DNA of 64,000 nt from Octopus sinensis. Its lineage: Eukaryota. A program made the translations under genes and the position numbers. Under the pieces are notes generated by a model. The model was not told the origin of the DNA, ran no database searches, and was given only the letters and a program-made list of their open reading frames with translations. Numbering within the stretch: the stretch's first letter is position 1; every line of letters begins with the position of its first letter. The DNA lies in assembly GCF_006345805.1 (NCBI RefSeq), contig NC_043003.1:60698001-60762000 (forward strand), given 5' to 3'. Below, piece by piece: positions 1-12,025 of this stretch.

Positions 1-10
1 AATAATAATA

Positions 11-51
<41 letters not shown>

Positions 52-55
<4 letters not shown>

Positions 56-655
56 AGGAATATATTCACAGACATGACAGAGTTGGAACCTTCATACATT
101 GGAAGCTATGCCAACATTATGGAATAACAACAGAAAAAAGATGGTATAGGCACACACCAGAAAAGGTCACAGAAAACGAGAAAGCAACCATACTCTGGGA
201 TATGCCGATACACACAGATAGAGAAATTAAGGCCAACAGACCAGATATAGTTGTCAGAGATCATGAAGAAAAAAAATGCTTTCTAATTGATGTATCAATA
301 CCGGCAGATGACAACGTGTCTCTAAAAGAAATGGAGAAACTCTCAAAATACAAATACCTGGAAATAGAGGTAACTAGAATGTGGAATCTGAAAACAGAAA
401 CAATTCCTATCATAGTAGGTGCATTAGGCATGATAAAAAAATATTCAGAAAAATGCATAACAAAAACACCAGGACTTACAAACACATATAACATACAGAA
501 AATTGCACTACTAGGCACTGCACACATCCTACGCAGAACACTTTCCATACAATAACCATCAGAGCATCACAACAAATCACAGCACATACCCAAGGCACAC
601 AGAGCTGCGCTCGGTAGTGAAGTGAAAGCACGCTATAAAAATAAAACTACCGAAT
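52..655 (+). mobile_element. 3' end of an R4/Dong-clade (restriction-like endonuclease) non-LTR retrotransposon in a (TAA)n tract
   Basis: ORF 52-555 has RHD..G..IHW, ILWD, RPDIVV, LIDVS.P, EK.SKY and ALLGTAHILRR.LS, typical of the RLE C-terminus. (AAT)n lies on both sides (1-51, ~652-710). The ATG is only the (AAT)/G junction. Confidence 0.85.
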
Positions 656-836
656 AATATAATAATAATAATAATATAATAATAATAATAATAATAATAA
701 TATAATAATAGCCATGCACAAGGTAGAACCAATAATTATAAAATGTATAAGACACTATGAATAAATGGCAAACAGTGCTACAGCTCCAAACAAAAGAGGT
801 TTCTGGTTTCCTTTTCTTCTACCTTACTGTCTCTCC

Positions 837-878
<42 letters not shown>

Positions 879-1516
879 ATTCTTCATTCTTTCTGGTTTT
901 CTCTACAACCATTCCATCCCCCCCTCTCTCTCTTACTCCTCCTCTGTCCCGTCGCTCACCACCGACGAGAAAGCTACTGTCTTTCTGACCTCGCTTCCCT
1001 CGAGTGTAGACGGCTTTTCTGTGTCTCTCTCTGCCGTTCTCAACAAGCGTTCGTAATATTTTCTCTCGTTTGGCTTAACAGCCCTCATTGTCTGTGTTAC
1101 TGTTATTCTCCTTGTCCTGTCTTTTACTGTTTATAATTTGTCCTGTCTTTACTGTCCTGTTTTTGTTACCTTTTTTACTCCTCGGCAAAAAAATCTCAAG
1201 TTTTATTTAATTTGCTTTTTGCGGGAAGAAAAGTTTCGATGTAGTCGTGTCTCGCCTTGACCATCGAAACGCGGAGTAGATGAAACAGAGGTGACTGAAG
1301 AAGGGTAATTTTCCTTGTGTTGTATGCCCTGTACTCTATTTTTTCGTTGTTTAAAAGAAATGTCCATTTCCTTGGTTTTGTGTTTATGTTTTCGTTTCTC
1401 ATTGTGTTCGACGTTTTTTTGGTGTCCTATACCCATATATGCATGTATATATACATGTAGATGTAGGTACGTACATATATGTATGTATTTATGCATATGT
1501 TTTATTTATTAATTTG

Positions 1517-1558
<42 letters not shown>

Positions 1559-2129
1559 ACATATATATATATATACGACGGACTTCTTTCTGTTTCCCAT
1601 TACCAAATTTCCCCACATGGCTATGGTCGGTCCGAGGTTTTATTAGAAGACACTTGCCCAAGGTACCACGCAATGAAACTGAACCCGGAACCATGTCGAT
1701 GGAAAATGAGCTTCTTAACTCCCCCCCCCCATATATATATATATCTATATGTATACATTTATGACAGTCCTTTACACGGTTTCTGTCTACAAAGTTCATT
1801 CGCTAGGTATTGGCCCAGACTGGGGCCATTGTAGAAGACACTTCCTCAAAGTACAGCATTGTAGAAAAGAACCCGAAACCACATGGCTGCCAAAGGAGCT
1901 TCGTAATCGCGCATGGTCACGCCTGTAGACAAATGTTACATATTGAATAATAGGGACCTCGATAAAATCTAATCTTGACTAAACAACAACAACGAGGGCT
2001 AGCATGAAAACATTGAACATGATTCCAAACGATGACCACTGCATATTTCTATTATATTTCACAAATAAAGCAGAGGATTGTTTTTGTTTTGATTTCGTTG
2101 GTTTCTTTATACTTTTGTGTTTCTTTCAG

Positions 2130-2219
2130 TTGATTGGTGGGTTTTTACTGGTCATCACTGAAACTGGAAACCTCATTTACACTTCCAAATACATCAAGCG
2201 ATACCTGGGATATAACCAG
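2130..2219 (+). CDS. bHLH-PAS-type protein, PAS-A exon 1 (LIGGFLLVITETGNLIYTSKYIKRYLGYNQ)
   Basis: Acceptor ttctttcag, donor CAG|GTGAGT. 90 bp, phase 0/0. GFLLV..G..IY.S....YLGY.Q is the PAS-A start motif, with the exon break after Q as in SIM/AhR-type genes. Confidence 0.9.
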
Positions 2220-2305
2220 GTGAGTTATTCTAATTATTACTTTTGGTGTTGTGTTGTTGTTGTTGGTTATCATTATCATCTACCTGATAATCATTATTAT
2301 TATTA

Positions 2306-2334
<29 letters not shown>

Positions 2335-2339
<5 letters not shown>

Positions 2340-2495
2340 GTTTTGGTTTGGCTCAGGTTTCGTCTTATTCCGGGTAGGATTTATGTTGTGGGTAGCGTGT
2401 TACTATCTGCAACCTTTAGGTACCCACAAGTTTTCTGCTGTCTTTCAAGTGCTTAGAACCCTTCTGACAATCCTTGATGATGTCCCTAAGAGAGA
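2335..2495 (-). mobile_element. Short 3' end of an R4/Dong-like element
   Basis: Minus strand reads ...GTSSRIVRRVLST*, resembling the LGTA.ILRR.LS terminus of the element at 52-555, and abuts a (TAA)n tract. Confidence 0.55.
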
Positions 2496-2499
2496 AACC

Positions 2500-2535
2500 T
2501 CTTCTTCTTCTTCTTCTTCTTCTTCTTCTTCTTCT

Positions 2536-2595
<60 letters not shown>

Positions 2596-2690
2596 CTTCT
2601 TTTCTTCTTCTTTTTCTTCTTCTTCTTCTCTTCTTCTTCTTCTCATATCATCAGCATCATCATCATCATCATCATCATTATTATTATTAT
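2500..2690. repeat. Compound trinucleotide microsatellite (CTT)n-(CAT)n-(ATT)n
   Basis: Directly visible. Confidence 0.95.
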
Positions 2691-2724
2691 TAATATAGAA
2701 AGGATTGAGGTAACTTCTGAAGAT

Positions 2725-2869
2725 ATAGAGTCAAAATTAAAAAAAAGAAGAGTGCCATTGTCATCTAGTGAAAGATATTTCGACCTGCTGAACCTGTTGA
2801 AGACACACGAGATGTCGAAATATCGTTCACTAGATGACAATGGCACTCTTCTTTTAATTTTGACTCTAT
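2725..2869. mobile_element. Small fold-back (MITE-like) hairpin
   Basis: 2725-2784 is a near-perfect reverse complement of 2814-2869, with a 29-nt spacer. Confidence 0.7.
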
Positions 2870-2969
2870 TATTATTATTATTGAGTGGCCATCAAATCGA
2901 CACTGGGGTAAAATATACGAAGCCCAGTATACCCATCATGACTACCCGTCTGATAAGGGTTATTATTAT

Positions 2970-3024
<55 letters not shown>

Positions 3025-3249
3025 GCTATCATTACTATTATTGCAGTATTGTTAGCTTGCCGGACAAAATGGTTGGCAACAGTTTATCCGTCTTTAAGTC
3101 TTGAGTTCAAATCAGTCCGGTGTCGACCTTGCCATTCATGCTTTCGGGGTCGAAACATGAAGTACCACTGAAACATTGAGGTCGATGTAATCAACTAGTC
3201 CTCTCCCCCCATAGACCCCTTGAGTCTATGTCTGTAGTAGAAAAGATTT

Positions 3250-3306
<57 letters not shown>

Positions 3307-4163
3307 TAAGGCGTTGAGCTGGCAGTATGGTTAGCGCGCCGGGCAAAATGCTTAGCAGTATCTCATCCACCCTTATGTTCTATGTTCGGTTTTGTCTTTC
3401 ATCCTTTCGGGGTCGATAAAATAAGTACCAGTTGAACACTGGTGTGGGTGCAATCGATTAATCCCCTCAACCGAAATTGCTGAGTTTGCGCCAAAATTTT
3501 ATATCATTATCCCTATTATTATCTTCTTCATGTCCCTATATATTACCTCATTGTGTCTCAGTTTTAGTGAATTTGTCTTCTGCTTTTACCCTACGTGCGG
3601 GTTATACAACAACGAACAAATACCATCCAATACCAAACAAATACAAAATCCAGCTGCTTGCAGCTCATCAGCAAACCAAATGCTAATTCATTACGACCTC
3701 TCTTGTAATGGATGCTTAAAACTATCAGGTATCATCAATGGATTTAGAAATGGCACGTCTTCCCGCTGATTTCAAGTAGGCTTGTAGCGATTTTCAAGCC
3801 TACTGTCACTTTGGATAGGATTACTGGCTAATCCTATTCATCACCTTTAATTTGTATGATTATGATTCCTACAAATTAACAGTTGCTTAACGCTTTCAAC
3901 CGCAGACACCCTTGATGCAATTCGTCATAATAAGATTTGTACGATATTTAAACTAATTTCCAGTAATCCAACGACATTTATTTAACTGGTATTTACACCC
4001 TTCGTAAAAGATTTTTCTCCTGCTTCGAATTGGCTGACAGCACTTCAGCACATGTTAAAGTACTTCAATGTGTATGTGTTTCGTAGTCTACTTTTATCAC
4101 CAAGTCCTGCAACAAACAAAAAATACAGACCTTTACTTCCTCCCAAATGGTCGCACGCACACA

Positions 4164-4206
<43 letters not shown>

Positions 4207-4544
4207 TAATGTAACAGTAGTAAAATATATGTGTATGTACGTATGTATAACTGAATATGTATATATGTGTCGTTTATTTGTTAAATTTTTCGTAACTGTC
4301 CTTGGGTTTTGGTTTTTTCTCTTATATTTCCCCCTTCTCGACTTAACTTGTCCTCTTTGTCGTTCAGTATAGATAGTTCATCGTCTTCTTTTCGTTTATT
4401 TTATTCTTTTTGCAATTTCTCTCATGTTTCTCTTGTTCGTGCTTGACTTGCATGTTAGCTCATCTATATCCCAGCAGCTTTCACTGTTTGCACTGCCAAA
4501 TTGAACAATATTATCAGAGGATGTTGAAATTGTAAGTATCTTTG

Positions 4545-4810
4545 GTAGATAACTAATATATAGGTGGTCCTATTAAGTTAGACATGGCCTGGGCGTATAC
4601 TGGCCGAAGTCCAGTCATCGCTTTGATCGACAGCAAGTCACTAAAACCTTTTTTATTCTCTCTGTTTATTTTCTTGTGTTCCTTTCTGTTGAGGAGCGTA
4701 GGCTCGAAACGTAAAATACTTTCTCACCTTCCTGAGCGTTAAACTAATACACCTGTTTGTTATTTACACACCTGTCTTCGTCTCTTATCTTTTTTTGTAA
4801 ACCCCATCTA
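4545..4810 (+). mobile_element. Penelope-like 3' end / pseudo-LTR with hammerhead-like motif
   Basis: CTGTTGAG-GAGC-GTAG-GCTC-GAAACGTA at ~4686-4712, followed by the tail shared with copies at ~13790(-), ~26745, ~28521 and ~47063. Confidence 0.6.
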
Positions 4811-5209
4811 TATATATATATATATATATATACATAAACACATAAACACACACACACAAAATATGAGGGTTTAGTTCACAGGTGGTCGAAATGATTAGGT
4901 ACGTTAGGTAAGTGCTGTAACAGATTACTAGGGCTCCAAGAATATAACCGAGGTGGTAGTTATGGAGCCATTGCCGATATCCAATATATTGGATATATAA
5001 TTGTTAAAGAGGACAACAAATGTTAAGGCAAGACAAACATCTCATAATAATCATAGTAAATTATCATTATCATTGGAAAAAATTCAAAGCCTTGCAGCTG
5101 TTTATGAGATGTCGCAGAGTATGGGATATTCTGTCATCGGAGACACACACACACGCACATATATAAGTAGACACACACATATATATGCGTATATATGTGT
5201 GTTATATAA

Positions 5210-5261
<52 letters not shown>

Positions 5262-5695
5262 GCGTGCGTGTGTGTGTGTGTGTGCGTGTGAGTGTGGGAT
5301 TAATTATGTATGTAAGTATGAGTGACTATCAAAACACAGCATCCAAACATTTGCCGTTCTTTTGCAAACCACTTCTTAAAATAGTAAATATATCAAAGTA
5401 AGTATTTCTTGTCCTATAATGAAATACTCCAGCGCATCATACACTGCAAAAGCCATCAATTTTATCTGAATTGCTCCTACATATACCTATTTTACAGTTT
5501 GGACTTTTGCTCAGGATTAACATCGAACGATAAATACAGAAATTACACTTCGGGGTGATAAAAGACATGAAACTTTAAAATACTGTTCTGGATCATGTCT
5601 CACCACTTTTGTTAACTTCAATATCATCTGAAAACGTAAACTTTATCAATCTCATTCTTTCTTTCTTTATTATGCAAATAAGAGCTTCATTACAC

Positions 5696-5743
<48 letters not shown>

Positions 5744-5745
<2 letters not shown>

Positions 5746-6291
5746 GGTTTGGGCAAATGTCACCTGACAGTAAATCATTACCATTTAATTCTAAGATATA
5801 TTTATGTTTAACAACTGAATGAATTTAATAAAAGCATCTAAGTGTGAAGTGGAGGCACATGGCCTAGTAGCTAGAGCGGCGGACTCGCGGTCGAGGCATC
5901 GCGGGATCGAATCTCAAATCGGGCGTTGTGTGTTTGTTTATGAGTGAATAACCTAAGCTCCACGCGGCTCCGGCAGAAGGCAAAGGTGAACTTCTGCTGA
6001 CTCTTTCGCCACAACTTTCTCTCACTCTTTCTTCCGGCATCTTGAAGCTCACCTGCGACGGACCGGCGTTCCTTCCACGTGGGGAACTTATACGCCAAGG
6101 AAATCAGGAAACCGGCCCTTATGAGCCAGGCGTGGCTCGAGAATGAACAAACAATCTAAATGTGAAACATGAAAATTGTTCAAACTGAAGTCCTCGAGCG
6201 ACACATTTTTCCATTCGAGTCAATACAAAATTACAGATAGTATTTATGGAATTTTGATTTACTGCTGGGTGACTTTTGACCGACCCTGCAT
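5744..6291. mobile_element. Tc1/mariner-type MITE with a nested tRNA-derived SINE (~5850-6155)
   Basis: Imperfect TIRs (taggtttgggcaaatgtcacctgacagtaaatc / gatttactgctgggtgacttttgaccgaccctgca) with TA flanks. An uninterrupted relative lies at 57909-58144. Confidence 0.7.
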
Positions 6292-6334
6292 ATATATATA
6301 TATATATATACTAGCTTAAGGTGACCCACTCTAC

Positions 6335-6670
6335 GCGCGGGTAAGAGTGTGGTTGTTACTTTCTGTTGCTTCCTTTCAGCACGTAAAAAGCACCATCCAA
6401 ACGCGGCCGATTGCAGCGCCGCCTGGACTGGCTTCTGTGCCGGTGGCACGTAAAAAGCACCAACCGGTCGTGGCCGCTGTCAGACCCCCTGGCACCTGTG
6501 CCGGCGGCACGAAAAAAAGCACCCACTACACTCACAGGGAGGTTGGTGTTAGGAAGGGCATCCACCTGTAGAAACACTGCCAGATCAGACTGGAACCTGG
6601 TACAGCCTCCTGGCTTCCTAGACCCCGGTCAAACTGTCCAACCCGTGCTAGCACGGAAAACGGACGTTAA

Positions 6671-6709
<39 letters not shown>

Positions 6710-6710
6710 C
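6335..6710 (+). mobile_element. SINE or LINE 3' end with internal tandem units and a (TGA)n tail
   Basis: Three gcacgtaaaaagcacc units, a ggaagggcatcc..ctgtagaaac motif and a (GAT)n tail, resembling RTE-type 3' ends. Confidence 0.55.
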
Positions 6711-7028
6711 TCCCTCTTTGTTTCTCTCTCCTTTCTCTCTCACTTTCCCACTCTCTTACTTTTCTTTTCTCTCGGACTCTCCCTCGCTTTCTCTTACTCT
6801 CTATCTTTATCTATCTCTCTCCCATTTATAAACAACAAAAGATCTTGAGTAAGTTGGGAAATAAAATATTTTGAAAGATCAATCATAAATATGAGGCAGT
6901 GACAACGGAAAGGTCTGCTTCAAGGCAGACAGCAAAACACTAATATTTTAAAGGGACAGACGAACTTGCGAGCTGAATAAAAATAATAAAATATTGGAAA
7001 CCAAAGTTTGAAGGGATAGAATCTGAGG

Positions 7029-7300
7029 ATAGTAGAGTCACCATGGCTGGCATTTCTTAACGACTGACAGCAACGTATTGACAGTTTAACGGCTGGCGTA
7101 AAATTTTGAACTTGATGTAAAAGAAAATTCCTAAACACCAAGTTTTAAAGTGATTCTTTCTCACGACAGTAGACTCACCATGGCAAGCATTCAAAATTCT
7201 TTATCATGGACGGCAACCCATTGACGATTAAAAGGCTGGCGCCAATTTTTTAGCTTGATGTAACAGAGAATTCCTAAACACCCGCTACTTTAAAGTTTAA
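7029..7300. repeat. Diverged tandem duplication, unit ~135 bp
   Basis: agtagagtcaccatggc...aattcctaaacacc occurs twice in direct orientation. Confidence 0.75.
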
Positions 7301-7529
7301 TCCCCTTCCAGCCCCATTTAGACCCCTTTTCACATTTTGGTTAATATAACCCGATTTCATTCGGGTCTACTGGGGCCACATTTTATAAGATGAGGAATTT
7401 TGTCCTAGAGGTCACGCCTTTCATTTGAGGCAAAAAATAGTTGTCATGCAAACTTGCCAACACTTTTAACATAGTTGTGCATATTTTCAGCTCAACCTAC
7501 CACATAATGCACACATTATATATATATAT

Positions 7530-7907
7530 GGAAGCACTCCGTCGGTTCCGACGACGAGGGTTCCGGTTGATCCGACCAACGGAACAGCCTGCTCGTGAAA
7601 TTAACGAGTAAGTGGCTGAGCACTCCACAGACACGTGTACCCTTAACGTAGTTCTCGGGGATATTCAGCGTGACACAGGAGTGACAAGGCCGGCCCTTTG
7701 AAATACAGGTACAACAGAAACAGGAAGTAAGAGTGAGAGAAAGTTGTGGTGAAAGAGTACAGCAGGGATCACCACCATCCCCTGCCGGAGCCTCGTGGAG
7801 CTTTAGGTGTTTTCGCTCAATAAACACTCACAACGCCCAGTCTGGGAATCGAAACCGCGATCCTACGACCGCGAGTCCGCTGCCCTAACCACTGGGCCAT
7901 TGCGCCT
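7530..7907 (-). mobile_element. tRNA-derived SINE family C (full-length copy)
   Basis: Minus strand starts gaggcgcaatggcccagtggttagggcagcggactc...ggtttcgattccc (A/B-box-like). Relatives at ~5850, ~20548 and ~58255. Confidence 0.75.
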
Positions 7908-7926
7908 CCACACACACACACACACA

Positions 7927-7991
<65 letters not shown>

Positions 7992-8038
7992 GCATAATTA
8001 AATCTCAGAATGAGATTGAAACAGTAATCGCTCGATAA

Positions 8039-8368
8039 TGTAAAGTATAGACGCCATCTTATCATGGCTAACCACATTGGGAGGGGTGTTACTGTAGCTT
8101 TATAGCCCCAAGAGATCTTCGTCTCTAGCTGGCTTTAGACACAATATCTGTGTCCTTGGAGTATTTGCAAGGGAGGCCATCCCTTCCTAGTTCGAGCGTA
8201 TCACTCAGGCTTGCGAGGAAAGGATGACCTCCCTTTCCAAATACTCCAAGGACACAGATATTGTGTCTAAAGCCAGCTAGAGACGAAGATCTCTTGGGGC
8301 TATAAAGCTACAGTAACACCCCCTCCCCAATGTGGTTAGCCATGATAAGATGGCTTCTATACTTTACA
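8039..8368. mobile_element. 330-bp fold-back MITE with very long TIRs
   Basis: TGTAAAGTATAG...CTATACTTTACA. Arms of ~150 bp are nearly perfectly complementary, with a ~27-nt loop. Confidence 0.8.
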
Positions 8369-9314
8369 TATATATATGTATATATAAGGCGCAGGAGTGG
8401 CTGTGTGGTAAGTAGCTTGCTAACCAACCACATGGTTCTGGGTTCAGTCCCACTGCGTGACATCTTGGGCAAGTGTCTTCTGCTATAGCCTCGGGCCGAC
8501 CAATGCCTTGTGAGTGGATTTGGTAGACGGAAACGGAAAGAAGCCTGTCGTATATATGTATATATATATGTATTTCCATTTTACCATTTTACCATTTTAC
8601 CATTTTACCATTTTACCAATGTGCTATCGGAACACCAACACAAATTAGACTGAACAAGGTAACATTCTTCATTGAAAAATACAAGCCCAAACTTAACCAT
8701 TCCAACATACTTATACAGAGAAATTCACTCCAAAAGAAAGGCAAGAAATTTTAAGCGATTATCTCCCTTACACCGGAAGAAATCACTTATTACCTCTCCT
8801 TATCTGGAACTCCTCTCAACGTAAACATAACGATGTAAGAAATTTGAAAAGCTGAACGCGAAACCGGTCATTTCTTCAAAAACTATGTCATTGTATGAAA
8901 AAAATTTATAACATTCTTCAGACATATTGACTTAAATATATATTTTTTAACCTTTTAAAACAAGCCTTCTGTAGTTTTTTCACTTTTTACTATTTTCTAT
9001 ATATATATATATATTTAATACTTCACTCATGCAATAGTTGATGGCATACAAGACGCAATCTTTTTACAAGAAAAAAGATTTTTTTAATTGGAGTCCTGTA
9101 TGCGAAACTGGTTCTCCTATAACCTTTAAATTATTAAAATCATTTTTCCCGAATTTGCACTGCTACAATCGGAGCGCGTCTTATAATTTAGAGCGTCTTG
9201 TATGTCATTAAATTTGGTTATTTAAGCATTTAGAAACATTTTAGAATGACAGAGAGTTTGATGGAATTTCTGTATATTACATGAATGTTTCTCTTTTTTA
9301 TTTTCCTTCTGCAG

Positions 9315-9405
9315 ATTGATGTCATTGGTCAATCGATGTATAACTTAATTCATCCAGATGATAACCAAGTATTCTCGGAACAATTCCGCATAACTGATGT
9401 AAAAG
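9315..9405 (+). CDS. bHLH-PAS-type protein, PAS-A exon 2 (IDVIGQSMYNLIHPDDNQVFSEQFRITDVK)
   Basis: Acceptor ttttccttctgcag and a D..GQS.Y..IHPDD motif. The end at 9405 assumes the GC donor AAG|GCTTGT, the only nearby donor giving the phase 1 that the next exon needs. Confidence 0.85.
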
Positions 9406-9557
9406 GCTTGTACTATATATGAAATATATCTTTCGCTGTTCCTTAAATTGTCTTCTCTCTTAGTTTTGATTTAAAAATAAAATGACACCCTATTACCTCG
9501 TCTTCTATAATTTCGTATCTTTAATACCCCAAATTGTAACATTATTACACAGAAACT

Positions 9558-9886
9558 AAGGTAGCGAGCTGGCAGAAACGTTAGCACGCCGGGCGAAAAG
9601 CGTAGCTGTATTTCGTCTGCCGTTACATTCTGAGTTCAAATTCCGCCGAGGTCGACTTTGCCTTTCATCCTTTCGGGGTCGATTAAATAAATACCAGTTA
9701 CGCACTGGGGTCGATATAATCGACTTAATCCGTTTGCCTGTCCTTGTTTGTCCTCTCTGTGTCTAGCCCCTTGTGGGTAGTAAAGAAATAGGTATTTTGT
9801 CTGCTGCTATGTTCTGAGTTCAAATTCCGCCGAGGTCGAACTTGCCTTTCATCCTTTCGGGGTCGATTATATAAGTACCAGTTACT

Positions 9887-9890
<4 letters not shown>
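9558..9890 (+). mobile_element. tRNA-derived SINE family A with an internally duplicated body
   Basis: Head aggtagcgagctggcagaaacgttagcacgccgggcgaaa; body ttctgagttcaaattccgccgaggtcgactttgcctttcatcctttcggggtcgat present twice. Relatives at ~3309, ~13138, ~16130(-), ~27026 and ~59000(-). Confidence 0.8.
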
Positions 9891-9924
<34 letters not shown>

Positions 9925-10413
9925 GACGGGCCTCTTTCAGTTTCCGTCTACCAAACCACTCAAAAGGCTTCGGCCGGCCCGAGGCTGCAGTAGAAGACAT
10001 TTACAGAAGGTACCACGCAGTGGGACTAAACCTGGAATTATGTGGTTGGGAAGTAGCTTCTTACCACCCACCCACTCGTGTGCCTATGTGGACAAATATA
10101 CGTGTATGGAGACAAATATGAGGGTCTGTAAGTATACATAGACTCACTGTTTCGGGAACGATAAGTACCAGTTGAATACTGGGGTAGATTTAATCGATTA
10201 ACTCCCCGCCACCGGAAATTGCTTACCTTGCACCAAAATTTGAAATCAATTATGACAGAAATGTTATCCCTGATAGTGACCATTCGGCTGAATATATCTA
10301 TTTGACTTTACGAGAGTGATACGATTTCAAACGAATTTTCAATCCCTTATCGGTGTCCAAAATAATTGTTTGTAAAGTAATCACAATATATATATATATA
10401 TTTTTCTTTTTAG

Positions 10414-10554
10414 ATATAGCTCACCTACAAACCCACAAAGAGTTTACGATTCGATTGAACAAGAAAAATAAGTTCCATCCAACATCATACGAAACATTTC
10501 ATGCCATGGGTCAAATTAAATATTGTAAAACTGAAAGGAAAATCGAAATGAAAG
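10414..10554 (+). CDS. bHLH-PAS-type protein, PAS-A C-terminal exon (DIAHLQTHKEFTIRLNKKNKFHPTSYETFHAMGQIKYCKTERKIEMK)
   Basis: Acceptor ttttctttttag, donor AAG|GTAAAT. 141 bp, phase 1/1. The KEF.IRL...YE.F...G.IK pattern matches the last PAS-A strands. Confidence 0.8.
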
Positions 10555-12025
10555 GTAAATATTTTCAAAACCAGTGTACGAAAATGTGGCAATGTTAAAT
10601 TAAAATAGGCGAGCTGGCAGAATCATTAGCACATCGGGCAAAATACTGAGCGGTATTTCGTCCTTTAGGTTCTGCATTCAAATTCCACCGAAGTCAATTT
10701 GTGCCTTTCATCATTTTGGGTTCGATAAAATACGTACCAGCTGAACACTCGAGGGTGTTGAAATTGACTTTCCTCTTTCCTTGAAATTACTGGCCTTGTA
10801 CCAGAATTTGAAAGCAATGAATTGCGTTAAAAACCTTTGGAAGGTAAAACGGTTTAAAAGTACCCGCATCTTCCGTATGTGGATTCAAGTCCAGCAGGTA
10901 GTCTTCGATCTTTTAATACCCCAAGGAGTTTTTTAAGCCAATATATTACGTACCATTATTAACCACTTTGAGACTCATCCTAAAAATATTTTCGTGATAC
11001 GTTTTGTTAAGAAAGCAGTTCTTTATTTCATATTTAATCAGAAATTTTCTTTGTCATAATTAGTTCTGCGCGTTCATTTTGTTTTGCCCTCATGTCTGGT
11101 TTGATTGAGTTGAACAATGATCGCAGACAGTCAGTCACTAAGTATCACATGCTTTCCCCTACCCAAAACTATAGTCTGTTCATCTCTTTAAGACAGAGTT
11201 ATTTTTGGAGAGATTTGGTTGTTATTTCTTTCAGATCGAGCGACCACATAGAGACCCTCTCCTTGACTCGCCAGCATTTCATTAGATAATTTAACCTTTC
11301 TATACTCCATGGTTTTATGCAAGGTCAACAGCTCGTGGCTTCTTCGTTCTTTCTGTAGTAGAATCATTGTTCAGCGCGTCTATTTATATTACTATCATAA
11401 TTATGTATGTATGTATGTATGTATGTATGTATGTATGTATGTATGTATGTATGTATGTATGTATGTATGTATGTATGTATGTATGTATGTGAAACAAAGA
11501 AGCTGAACGAAAATTCAAGGAGTGATAGATAAAATAGTTGGACTGATTTCAGAGTGAGATGATTGAATTTACAGGCAAAATATAATTACACAGTGCCAGC
11601 TTTATGAGTTGTGATTATTTTACATTGGCAGTATTGCTCTTTAGGATGTAGTAATCGCCATTTATAGCTGATACTGTGAAATAGATGCTAGGAAATATCA
11701 TGACTTTAAGTAGATATGTAATGGAAACTATAATAACGAAGTAATTCTTTTATAGAGAATATTGTCCAGTGCGGAATTTCAGCAAAATGGAGAAGCGTCT
11801 CTCGACGGTAATTAGACGCCATTGTTTAGTAGCACATCCTCCATTCTTTACCGAGATCAAATTATCATTTAACAGTGAGAAATATGACAGCCAATGTAAA
11901 TATCAATCATTCATCAATGTAAGTTATGTGAAATTAGTCTTAGTTTTATTATTGACTGTCTAGTATTAGTCACCAACTATAATTATTACCATCTTTTTTA
12001 TTATTATTATCCTTTTTACTGCCAG

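Noticed and set aside
1240-1315. SRLDHRNAE, a possible bHLH basic region, near donor-like sites
   Set aside because: In-frame stops follow immediately, and there is no helix-loop-helix continuation.
3309-3400. tRNA-like heads at this and many other sites
   Set aside because: They run into SINE bodies, and I could not fold complete cloverleaves.
11756-11807. 52-nt exon-like segment (ENIVQCGISAKW…) with plausible splice sites
   Set aside because: It would frameshift the next exon, whereas 10554 joins 12026 in phase. At most a poison exon, with no supporting evidence.
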